Below are positions 9,509 to 18,361 of a DNA stretch of 64,000 nt, one piece after another. The stretch is taken from assembly GCA_040776945.1 (NCBI GenBank), contig JAXGZN010000001.1, positions 32,001 to 96,000 on the forward strand, given 5' to 3'. The first letter of the stretch is position 1, and every line of letters starts with the position of its first letter. The notes beneath the pieces are model-generated. The model saw only the letters and a list, made by a program, of their open reading frames with translations, made no database searches and was not told the origin of the DNA. Both the position numbers and the translations under genes were made by a program. This stretch comes from Methanomassiliicoccaceae archaeon (GTDB lineage Archaea > Thermoplasmatota > Thermoplasmata > Methanomassiliicoccales > Methanomassiliicoccaceae).

Positions 9509-10972
9509 ATGGCGGTGATGATGCAGAGGAGAGAGCGCTGGATCGTCCTACTCATTACCAGCGTGGGCGCTATGATGGGGCCTCTGGACTCCACCATAGT
9601 CAGCGTTACCCTTCCTACCATCTCCAGCGATCTGGAGATGGATTACGCGGCCTCGATATGGATACCTACCTCATACCTACTGGCGGTCGCCAGCCTGCTC
9701 CTGACCATGGGCCGCTTGTCGGACCTCCGAGGCAGGAAGATCATCTTTGAACTGGGATTTGCCGTTTTCATAATCGGTTCCTTCCTGTGCAGCGTGTCGG
9801 CGACCGGAGGGCAGATGATCGCCTTCCGCTTCCTGCAGGGGACCGGAGCGGCCATGATGATGTCCACCTCGCCTGCCATAATCACAGCGGCCTTCCCTCC
9901 CCATGAGAGGGGGAAGGCCTTGGGCATCAATGCCATGTCCGTTTACATCGGCCTCAGCCTAGGTCCTCCGCTGGGGGGCTTTCTCACGGCATCCTTTGGC
10001 TGGCCTTCGATATTCCTTGTGAACGTTCCGATCGGCCTGATCGTCATAGCCCTTTCCATCCTGATGCTGAAGGAGCCTTCCCGGAGCGCTCGCCCCCGCC
10101 CTTTCGACCTGGCCGGCGCCCTGACCTTCGCCGTGGGGCTCTCCGCGCTTCTGACCGCTCTCACCCTGGGCGAGGGGATGGGGTGGACGTCCCCGGGATC
10201 TATTGCGCTCTTGACCGTGGCGGCCCTCTCCTTGGCGGCGTTCCTTTTCATTGAGCACCGGAAGGCCCGGGAGGCGATGCTGGACCTTGAACTGCTCACG
10301 GGCAACCGCTTGTTCGCCATGGCGAACATGTCCGCTCTGCTGAACTACACCTCTTACTTCGGTGTGTCCTTCCTGCTGTCGTTCTACATGCAGCGGGTGC
10401 TCGGTCTCTCCCTGTACCTCACGGGGATGGTCCTTTTGTCTATGCCGCTGGTCATGAGCATCCTGTCCCCGGCCATGGGCTGGGCCTCGGACAGGATAGG
10501 GTCCAGGGTCCTTGCCTCAGGGGGCATGCTCCTCATTTCCGCCGGCCTGCTGCTGCTGGGCACGGTGGACGGCTCGACCTCGGTGCACAATCTTGTCTTG
10601 TACCTGGTGATCATGGGAATAGGCATGGGGATGTTCTCGTCGCCCAACACCAGCGCGGTCATGGGGTGCGTGACCGGAGACCAGCTGGGGGTCGCATCGG
10701 GGACCTTGTCGACCATGCGAGTTGTCGGCCAGTCGCTTAGCTTGGTGATCATGGGCGCCCTTGTCGCCACCGTGGCCTCCACCACTCTGCTGACCGAGCT
10801 GTTCTCAGGCAGCCTCGGGGCGGGCGCCCCGTCCGATGTGGAGGGCTTCGTAGATGGGATGAGGCTTGCGTTCACCGTCTCGGCAGGGATCGCGTTCGCC
10901 GGGGCCATCACCTCCCTGGCACGCGGGAAGGTGATACGATGCGAGGGGCTGGAGGACCAGGCTGGTCTTTGA
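9509..10972 (+). CDS. MFS transporter, DHA2 (EmrB/QacA-like, 14 TM)
   Basis: LDSTIVSVTLP, GRLSDLRGRK motif A, GPPLGG motif C. Confidence 0.93.
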   Translation: MAVMMQRRERWIVLLITSVGAMMGPLDSTIVSVTLPTISSDLEMDYAASIWIPTSYLLAVASLLLTMGRLSDLRGRKIIFELGFAVFIIGSFLCSVSATGGQMIAFRFLQGTGAAMMMSTSPAIITAAFPPHERGKALGINAMSVYIGLSLGPPLGGFLTASFGWPSIFLVNVPIGLIVIALSILMLKEPSRSARPRPFDLAGALTFAVGLSALLTALTLGEGMGWTSPGSIALLTVAALSLAAFLFIEHRKAREAMLDLELLTGNRLFAMANMSALLNYTSYFGVSFLLSFYMQRVLGLSLYLTGMVLLSMPLVMSILSPAMGWASDRIGSRVLASGGMLLISAGLLLLGTVDGSTSVHNLVLYLVIMGIGMGMFSSPNTSAVMGCVTGDQLGVASGTLSTMRVVGQSLSLVIMGALVATVASTTLLTELFSGSLGAGAPSDVEGFVDGMRLAFTVSAGIAFAGAITSLARGKVIRCEGLEDQAGL

Positions 10973-11041
10973 TGTCGACGACGGACCCTGCCCATTGGCG
11001 AATGACAAAACCTATATGCCGAGCCTTTTTTATCGCCCATC

Positions 11042-12001
11042 ATGGCCAACCTTAACGTGGCGGTCATCGGCCCGAACGACTTCGCCAAGGACCTCGGCAA
11101 GAAGGGCACCGTTTCGGACATCACGCTCTACGACCTGAAGCAGGGCGCCGATACCGTCACCTTCATAGAGCCCACCAAGTATCCCGACCGCCTTGCTCCG
11201 CTGTTCTATGCCGCCTCCTTGGCCGACCGCGCCCTGATAGTGGTGGACGCCATCAACGCCCAGCTAGGCGAGTGCATCGTCATGCTGCAGTGCGCCGGGG
11301 TGAGGGATGGCCACATCGTACTTCGCAACTATCTGGCACAGGAACAGCTGGCCCCCTTGATCAAGGGGACCGTTCTGGAGGGATATAGGTACGTCGATGA
11401 GGACAAGGCCGCGTTGAGGGAGATGCTGTTGGAGGAGGCAAGGAGCAGGCCATCGGCCAAAGAACTGGGAAAGGGCGCGGTGCCCATTGACCATTTCTTC
11501 AACGTGAAAGGCGTGGGCACGGTCGTCCTTGGCTGCGTCGCGTATGGGCGGATCGAGAAGCATGACGAGCTTAAGGTCCTGCCCACTGCCCGCACGGCCT
11601 TGGTCCGCTCGATCCAGAAGCATGACGATGACTTCAGCGACGCGGTGCATGGTGACCGGGTAGGGCTCGCCTTGAAGAACATCGATGTGGAGCAGCTTGA
11701 CCGCGGGTACGTGCTCACGGCCGATGAGCGGGTAAAGAGCGACAGCGCCATTACCGCAGAGGCCGAGCTGGTAAGCTACTGGAAGACGCCGCTGAAGCAG
11801 GGCATGGTCCTGCATCTGGGACACTGGATGCAGTTCGTCGCCGCCCGTGTGGAGAGTGTCGACGACAGTGGCGACCCCCGCCGGCCGACCGTCACCCTAT
11901 CCCTCGATAAGCCGGTGGTGCACCCTCCGGGCTCACGCGCCGTCCTCATGTACCTCGAGGGGGGCAAGCTCAGGGTCGCCGGGTCCATGGCCTTGCCGTA
12001 G
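11042..12001 (+). CDS. SelB-like elongation factor paralogue (aSelBL) with a degenerate G-domain
   Basis: PIDHFFNVKGVGTVVLG, VRSIQKHD, GDRVGLALKN, RGYVL domain II motifs; no intact P-loop (LGKKGTVSDI). Confidence 0.88.
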   Translation: MANLNVAVIGPNDFAKDLGKKGTVSDITLYDLKQGADTVTFIEPTKYPDRLAPLFYAASLADRALIVVDAINAQLGECIVMLQCAGVRDGHIVLRNYLAQEQLAPLIKGTVLEGYRYVDEDKAALREMLLEEARSRPSAKELGKGAVPIDHFFNVKGVGTVVLGCVAYGRIEKHDELKVLPTARTALVRSIQKHDDDFSDAVHGDRVGLALKNIDVEQLDRGYVLTADERVKSDSAITAEAELVSYWKTPLKQGMVLHLGHWMQFVAARVESVDDSGDPRRPTVTLSLDKPVVHPPGSRAVLMYLEGGKLRVAGSMALP

Positions 12002-12047
12002 GCGACAGTTGGATGAACCATGACCGAGATACGGTCAGGCGAGACAT

Positions 12048-12374
12048 ATGGACTTCGAGAGGTTCATAATCGATCTTAACGCGAAGTGCTTGTGCGGGTG
12101 CATGGAGGGGGACCGCATCCATAAGATCTACCGATTCCCCAACGACTACGGCGCATCGGTGGTCTCTGCACCAAAGGCGGACCTCGAGGCCCGAGGCACC
12201 TTCAGGCTGTACGTGCTGCATTATGAGAGCCCGGCCCCGGAGCACGAGTGCGAGATCGTCCGCGACAGCGATCTTACCGACGACCACATTGTGTGCCGGG
12301 ACTGGAACGACGCGGAGAGATGGCTGCGGAGGGTCTACGATCTCGCGCCGGGCAGGCACTCTCATTGCCATTGA
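12048..12374 (+). CDS. Hypothetical Cys/His-rich protein with an FPNxYGASV motif
   Basis: 108-aa ORF with genome-like codon bias, 46 bp after aSelBL. Confidence 0.75.
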   Translation: MDFERFIIDLNAKCLCGCMEGDRIHKIYRFPNDYGASVVSAPKADLEARGTFRLYVLHYESPAPEHECEIVRDSDLTDDHIVCRDWNDAERWLRRVYDLAPGRHSHCH

Positions 12375-12514
12375 TGGTCTCGGCGGGAAACATCGCGCCT
12401 CGGCCCGAACGATGTTCACGATCGCAGGACCCAGGCCTACCGGCTCACGGCCTCGCTCGACGAGATCGGCCGCGGGAACCGCAGATATGCCGCCCTTGCC
12501 CTCCGGCCGCCCAC

Positions 12515-13444
12515 TTACTGTTTTCGCACCAGGTACTCAGCGATGCCGTAGCCCTTCTGACCGTTGAGATCGAACTCGGCCAAGGCCTCGTGCAGAACGG
12601 ACATCGTCCTGCCGTCCCGGCTGGGGAACGGTATCGCCACCATTCGCAGCACCTCGGCCGTGATCTTATGCTTGCCCTTGGCCTCATCTACCAGGGACAT
12701 CGCCATGGAGCATGGCGTGCCGTCAGGGTCGAGCACTGTCCTCACGTTCGCCTTCACCACGGGCAGGTCCTTTCCATACATGTGGAAATAGCCTCCTGAC
12801 GCCTCGCGCTGCTCAGTGAACTTCTTGGTGACGCTGAACGCTACATTGTCGGAGAACTGGCCGGTCAGCCGGAACCACATCTTGTACCTGCTCCAGTCCA
12901 AGGTCCCCCAGGTATGGTTCCTACCTCCTCGCCCGGAAATGTCGAACTGCTCGGTGCCCACCATAAGGGACCCGCTGACCTTGCCGAACTGCCCGAGATG
13001 TTCCAAGACCGCCTTCTGCGCGGGACCGTCGCCCTTCCCGTCGGCGTGCTCGATGAAGCCTGTGGCCTGGTTGCGTGCCTCGAAATCCAGCTCGAACGAT
13101 ACCGGGGTCGGAACGGGATCTCCCTCCGTAAGCCGGCCCATGTGCCCGTTGAACTTCAGCAACCATCTCTTCTCCGGCTCCACCGTCCTGATCGACAGAC
13201 CCATGGCATACAGTGAGATGGGGCCGCACGGCTCGTTGCCGCTCATTCCCACCACCGAACCGTCCGGCATCAGGAAGAAGCAGAACGCCGAACGCTCGTT
13301 CATGTTCGGCTTCAGCCCAACGCGCATGAAGGCGCATATATCGTTATCCTGGTCGTAGACGTTGAAGTACAAGCTCTCGCCCCACTCCCTGCCCGGACCC
13401 GCCGGGTGCAACAGATCGACGCTCATGTCCCTTGCCTCTCCCAT
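12515..13444 (-). CDS. Hypothetical protein, AttH/CrtC/tocopherol-cyclase-like beta-barrel family
   Basis: W.ESLYFN, MRVGLKPN, GQFG.VSG, GRGGRNHTWG, C-terminal GYGIAEYL. Confidence 0.65.
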   Translation of the reverse strand: MGEARDMSVDLLHPAGPGREWGESLYFNVYDQDNDICAFMRVGLKPNMNERSAFCFFLMPDGSVVGMSGNEPCGPISLYAMGLSIRTVEPEKRWLLKFNGHMGRLTEGDPVPTPVSFELDFEARNQATGFIEHADGKGDGPAQKAVLEHLGQFGKVSGSLMVGTEQFDISGRGGRNHTWGTLDWSRYKMWFRLTGQFSDNVAFSVTKKFTEQREASGGYFHMYGKDLPVVKANVRTVLDPDGTPCSMAMSLVDEAKGKHKITAEVLRMVAIPFPSRDGRTMSVLHEALAEFDLNGQKGYGIAEYLVRKQ

Positions 13445-13717
13445 GACATATTTGGTCCTCTCGACATCGCATTGAGGGTTCGCTTCCGATCGGCGCCTGC
13501 GGCGCCGATCTGTTTATTCCCGCGGCCGTCGCGATGATGCCCAGGTCCCGTCCCATCGTTGAGATGTTCGCGGCCCTATTATAAATGACGATGAATGGGG
13601 TGTGTCCTTCGAACAATTCTAGCCGCCGTTGTACCCGCCCTACCTGCCCTTGTTGACGATGGCGGCTCACGTAACGCCCTGGGTCATGTTTATATGCTGA
13701 CCGGCAATGCTTCGGGC

Positions 13718-15775
13718 ATGGAGGGACGTTTCTGCGAGTGCGGCTGCCTCCTCGACCCTGCATCCGGCGTCTGTCCGGGCTGCGGGGAGGCATCGAGGCG
13801 GGAGCGGAGGACATCGGCCCGCATGGCCGCGCCGCGGACGGACGCCTCGGACCGGAGAAAGGAGGTGGAGAGGCCTCCTCTCTTCCCCTATCATCCGAGG
13901 CCATCCCAGATAGAGATCGTGAACGCCGTGCAAAGCGCCATGGACCTCGGGAAGCACCTGATCATGGAATCAGGGACCGGGACTGGCAAGACCGTCTGCT
14001 CGCTCGTCGGCGCGCTGCAGCATGCCAAGGCCAACAAGAAGAAGGTGCTCTATCTTACCAGGACGATATCTCAGAGCGACCAGGTTATGAAGGAGCTGCG
14101 CTCCGTCTCGCGGCGCCAGAGGGTGTCGGGATTGGCCATGCAGGGGCGCAGGCGCTCCTGCCTCCTTCTGCGCACTCTCGAGGAGCTCGAGGACATCCCC
14201 CCGCACGCGCTGTCCAAGATCTGCGAGGAGCGCAAGGCCAGGACAGTGGCAAGGCAGCATGGGGGCTGTCCTCACTATGCGGACCTCCTTGCCATCGGGG
14301 AGATGGGCTTCCTGAAATATTGCGCCGACGAGCTGCCGACCGCGGCGGAGTTCGACCGCTTCTGCGAGAAGCAGGGTGCCTGCCCATACGAGGCGAGAAA
14401 GGCGATCGTCCCGCTCGTGGATGTAGTGGCCGTTCCATATGTCCAGGTTTTGTCCAAGGAGATCCGCTCCCAGCTGTTCGACCGGCTGCAGCTCACCATG
14501 GACGATGTGATCATCATCGTGGACGAGGCCCATAATCTTATCGACGCAGCCAGGGACCAGGAGAGCTTCGACATCACCATGCATGACATCCAGGCGGCCG
14601 AGGATGAGACCCGGGAGCTTGGGAACCCGCGGTTAGCGACAGGAGTAGACCATGGTCTGCTCTGCTCCACGCTTCGCCGCATCATCGACGACGCGGTCCG
14701 CGAGCAGGTACCCCGCGGCTCTTACGAGGCCCGCCTGGGCCGGAGGTTCTTGGAAGGCAAGCTCAGGACTGAACTGAAGCTTGACGAGGAGGAGCTCCGC
14801 TCGATGTGCGCCAATATGGTGAACGCCGGTCAAAAGCAGGTTGAGATGAGGCTGGAGCAAGGAAAGGAGCCCACCTCTGCCACCCTTCGGCTTGGCTCTC
14901 TGCTGGAGATCTGGTTCCGGGCCGAGGACGCGAGGTTCGTGAAGATGGTGTCGTCCGATGACCTCGGTTCCCTCAAGGCCTGCTGCCTGGACCCTCAGGA
15001 GACCACCTCGTTCCTCCGTGAGGTCAAAGGCGTGGTCCACATGTCGGGCACGATGCAGCCGCTGAGGCAGTATGCGGACATACTCGACCTGCCGGAGAAC
15101 CGCGAGCTCCGCATTTTCCCATCCCCTTTCCCGCCGGAGAACCGCCTGGTGCTTTACGCAGAGGACGTAAGCGCCGGGCAGCGGGAGATGCGGGATGACC
15201 CCTCGATGAAGGGGCGCATAGAGGACCATATTATCAACATCTGTCAAGCCACCGACCGCAACACCATGGTGTTCTTCCGCTCCTACGAGATGCTGAGGAC
15301 CATGCGCCCCCGGATCGAGGAATGCGTCGATCGCCAGCTCTACTGGGAGGAGTCCGGAGCGTCCCGCCGGCTGGCATCGAGCATCCAGGCCTTCAAGCGA
15401 GGCCGAGGAGGGGTGTTCTTCACTGTAATGGGCGGTAAGGTCGCCGAGGGCCTGGACTTCCCGGGGCAGGAACTGGACATAGCGATCGTGGTCGGCCTTC
15501 CCTATCCGCCGCCATCGCTGCTCCTTGATGAGCTGAAGCAGCGCTATGATCGCAAGTACGGACCGGGAAAGGGATGGGAGTACGCCTCAGCGGTGCCCGC
15601 GGTGCGCAAGGTCCAGCAGGCCATCGGCCGGCTCATCAGGACAGAGACGGATCGGGGGATCGCGATCGTCCTGGATAACCGGATGTCGAGATATCGCGAG
15701 CATGTCGGCGCCATCCCCACCAAGGACCCGGTGGCCGAGGTGACGCGCTTCTTCGGATGGAGCAAACGGTTCTGA
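13718..15775 (+). CDS. xpd: XPD/Rad3 Fe-S DNA helicase
   Basis: Q motif RPSQ, GTGTGKT, DEAH, SGT, AEGLDF, QAIGRLIR; four FeS-domain Cys. Confidence 0.93.
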   Translation: MEGRFCECGCLLDPASGVCPGCGEASRRERRTSARMAAPRTDASDRRKEVERPPLFPYHPRPSQIEIVNAVQSAMDLGKHLIMESGTGTGKTVCSLVGALQHAKANKKKVLYLTRTISQSDQVMKELRSVSRRQRVSGLAMQGRRRSCLLLRTLEELEDIPPHALSKICEERKARTVARQHGGCPHYADLLAIGEMGFLKYCADELPTAAEFDRFCEKQGACPYEARKAIVPLVDVVAVPYVQVLSKEIRSQLFDRLQLTMDDVIIIVDEAHNLIDAARDQESFDITMHDIQAAEDETRELGNPRLATGVDHGLLCSTLRRIIDDAVREQVPRGSYEARLGRRFLEGKLRTELKLDEEELRSMCANMVNAGQKQVEMRLEQGKEPTSATLRLGSLLEIWFRAEDARFVKMVSSDDLGSLKACCLDPQETTSFLREVKGVVHMSGTMQPLRQYADILDLPENRELRIFPSPFPPENRLVLYAEDVSAGQREMRDDPSMKGRIEDHIINICQATDRNTMVFFRSYEMLRTMRPRIEECVDRQLYWEESGASRRLASSIQAFKRGRGGVFFTVMGGKVAEGLDFPGQELDIAIVVGLPYPPPSLLLDELKQRYDRKYGPGKGWEYASAVPAVRKVQQAIGRLIRTETDRGIAIVLDNRMSRYREHVGAIPTKDPVAEVTRFFGWSKRF

Positions 15776-15860
15776 GCCGATCCTCCGCGCTCAAGGCTTC
15801 GTTCTAGCTAGGGACGCAGCAACAGAAATGAATAAATAGGAGGTTCTCATCAGTGGTTTC

Positions 15861-15984
15861 GGTGTGACGGCCATAGCGGCGGGGATACACCCGGTCCCAT
15901 TCGAACCCGGCAGTTAAGCCCGCCTGCGTTCCACGCTGTACTGCGGTGCGCGAGCCCGCGGGAACCGTGGAACGCTGTCAGCCA
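15861..15984 (+). rRNA. rrf: 5S rRNA (stand-alone)
   Basis: GGCCATAGCGGCGGGG..ACACCCGGTCCCAT.CGAACCCGGCAGTTAAGCCCGCC; ends pair (TGACGG/CTGTCA); TATA-like AATAAATA upstream; ends approximate. Confidence 0.95.
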
Positions 15985-15993
15985 CTTTTCCTC

Positions 15994-16581
15994 TCATTTC
16001 AATGCTTGCTTGATGACATTGGAAACGGCTTCGGTGTTCACCGCAGTACCGCAGTATTGACAGTACTTGACCCCACTGTCGCCCATATTGCTGTGCACCG
16101 TCAGCGCCGCACCGCAGTTGGGGCACTTGTACGGGACGTTGAGGCTCCCGGAGCTCATCTGGTCTATGAGGTCGTTCACGTCCACGTTGATGTTCTTCAC
16201 CACCTGGCGGTTCGCGCGGTTCCTGACCTGACCGGCCTGTACGAGATACCCGAAGTCCTCGTAGAGCTGGGCCAGTTCATCATAGCGGGCAGTGACCTCG
16301 AGCCTATGGGCCATCGGTCCGATGAACTGGTTGTCGAGAACGTTCCTGCAGCGGGGACAGAACGAGTAGTAATAACGGCCATAGTGGACGAACTGGTTGA
16401 GCCGGTAGCTGCGCCTGAACCACTCGATCTGCTGAGGTGTGTGCCTGCTCACGTTGTTCAGCCCGCAATGTTGGTGCATTCCATAGCCGCACATGGAGCA
16501 AGCTATCTGAAGCTCCTTCTCGGTGATGGGGCCATTGCAGCATATGCAGTTGTACAGTACCTTGGGCTTGAACATGGCCAT
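15994..16581 (-). CDS. Multi-zinc-finger protein (N-terminal C4HC3 finger, C-terminal zinc ribbon)
   Basis: CICC-x12-CSMC-x4-H-x2-C-x35-CPRC and CPNC...CQYC. Confidence 0.8.
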   Translation of the reverse strand: MAMFKPKVLYNCICCNGPITEKELQIACSMCGYGMHQHCGLNNVSRHTPQQIEWFRRSYRLNQFVHYGRYYYSFCPRCRNVLDNQFIGPMAHRLEVTARYDELAQLYEDFGYLVQAGQVRNRANRQVVKNINVDVNDLIDQMSSGSLNVPYKCPNCGAALTVHSNMGDSGVKYCQYCGTAVNTEAVSNVIKQALK

Positions 16582-16709
16582 CAAACTAGTATCGACTCGT
16601 CGATATAATTTGATGTCGGGATGCGGCGCGGCCTTCCGTCGTCCGGGAACCGGTGCCCTTGATCACCGGCCAGAGAGAGGCGCTTGACAGCATCCCCACG
16701 CGCCGATGG

Positions 16710-17660
16710 TCAAGGCCGGTAGTTGAGACGGATGTTGATGCCGCCGGCGCTGGCGTTGGAGCGTACGTCCAGGACGTGGTCCGATGGATAGTTCGTGGAA
16801 ACCAGGTCCTCATCGGTCCCGTTGAACCCGCTGCGATGGCCGACGCGCACCCCTCCCAGCTCGGCATGCGATTGAACGCGGGCGGAAGTATTGCCTACTA
16901 CGTCAAGGTTCAGATCTATCCCGCCCAGGGATGCGGTGGACCGCACCGTCAAGTTGCTGCCCAGTTCGCTGGACTGCATGATGATGAGCCTTACGCCTCC
17001 GGCCGATGCCGTCAGGTCAACGCTCGCGTTGTTCGTCGCCCTGAGGTCTGTCCATCCAAAGTCCACTCCGCCAAGGGAGGTGTTTATCCTCAGCGGCCCG
17101 TCCAGGGTCGTACCGCTCGCGAGATCGGCCTTGATCCCTCCGGCGGAAGCTCTGATGTTCAGGCCGGTCAGGACAACGCCGTCAGCGGTCGTTACGTTCA
17201 CCGCTCCCAGAGAATTTTTCACCGTCAGAGAGGTGATAAGTCGGTTGGAGATGTTAAGGTCACACCTTACATCATTGCTTCCGAACCACCCAATGTTCCG
17301 GCCCATGCTGACGTTGAGCTCGATGGATATGCTGTCCGTGCCGTTGGCCACGGCCCAGCTCACGTTAACCGGACGCTCTGGGCCGAAGAGGCCGGAGCGA
17401 TGGGTTCCCACAAGGGACATGGATGCGGCCTCAGAGCTGTCATTGACGAACCTTATGGTCATGCTCCCGATGTCCATGGATGCGTTCACTGTCAACGATC
17501 GAACGCCTGGGGCAAGCTCTACCTGCCGCGATTCGTTCACATTGACGGTCTTGAACGGCACAAGGAACAGCGCGATCGCCGCGATTATGATCAAGATCAT
17601 GATCAGTATGGCGATCAGGACCCCCGTCAGCCCAGAGCGGTCCCCGGACAATCGGTACAT
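16710..17660 (-). CDS. Membrane-anchored beta-solenoid repeat protein (DUF4097/LiaG-like)
   Basis: Single N-terminal hydrophobic helix; ~25-28 aa repeats with S(A/L)GG(I/V); many N-x-S/T sequons. Confidence 0.8.
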   Translation of the reverse strand: MYRLSGDRSGLTGVLIAILIMILIIIAAIALFLVPFKTVNVNESRQVELAPGVRSLTVNASMDIGSMTIRFVNDSSEAASMSLVGTHRSGLFGPERPVNVSWAVANGTDSISIELNVSMGRNIGWFGSNDVRCDLNISNRLITSLTVKNSLGAVNVTTADGVVLTGLNIRASAGGIKADLASGTTLDGPLRINTSLGGVDFGWTDLRATNNASVDLTASAGGVRLIIMQSSELGSNLTVRSTASLGGIDLNLDVVGNTSARVQSHAELGGVRVGHRSGFNGTDEDLVSTNYPSDHVLDVRSNASAGGINIRLNYRP

Positions 17661-18361
17661 GCCTGGAAATAAGGAACCTGCCCTTATTAGCTTTGTTTGC
17701 TCCCGCGGAGGTCAAGAGCTGGGGCAGAGGACCGACCTGCATTCACCCGGCAGAAAGAAAGGTTCCGGATCGACCGCGATGAGAAATGGGCGATCGTGAG
17801 AGTACCGGTAATCCGCTGGACCTGGCCTGGCGGCAGTGTCCCGCAGGCCACCTGATGTTGTGGAGCACCAGAAAGGCCTGGGCATGTTCCGGCGCATCGA
17901 CCCGAACGGCCTCCTCTCTACGCGATGTCCTTCTAGAAGGCCTTTGATGGGCCCTCCTCGGTCCGCATCACGGCCGATCCTGTGTCAGATCGGCAGAGCT
18001 GCGCTCATTGGACGATATGCCGGATGTCCAGCACCTGATACGAATAATGTAGTGTTTTTGATGTGAACTCTCATTTCAATGACGATAAATGAGGGACGAA
18101 CTACCTTGATAACACTGAATAACGGAACAAGCCGCAATTCATTTGAAATAGTGAATGATGCATGGAAACAGGCATTCCCGGTCGAACGAATGGACGCATT
18201 GGAAGTATGCAAAACGCGAGAACATGGATCCAGATGGGTCCTGGGCATAGGCCCTCCTGCTCCCAAGGCCGCGCTGGTCCCTCGAGGACGGCGGTTCCAA
18301 GCCATGACCACGTTCGAGAGCGCGGGCGCCGAGGGCTTCTGTTCGAGGAAGAGGTGAGGTC

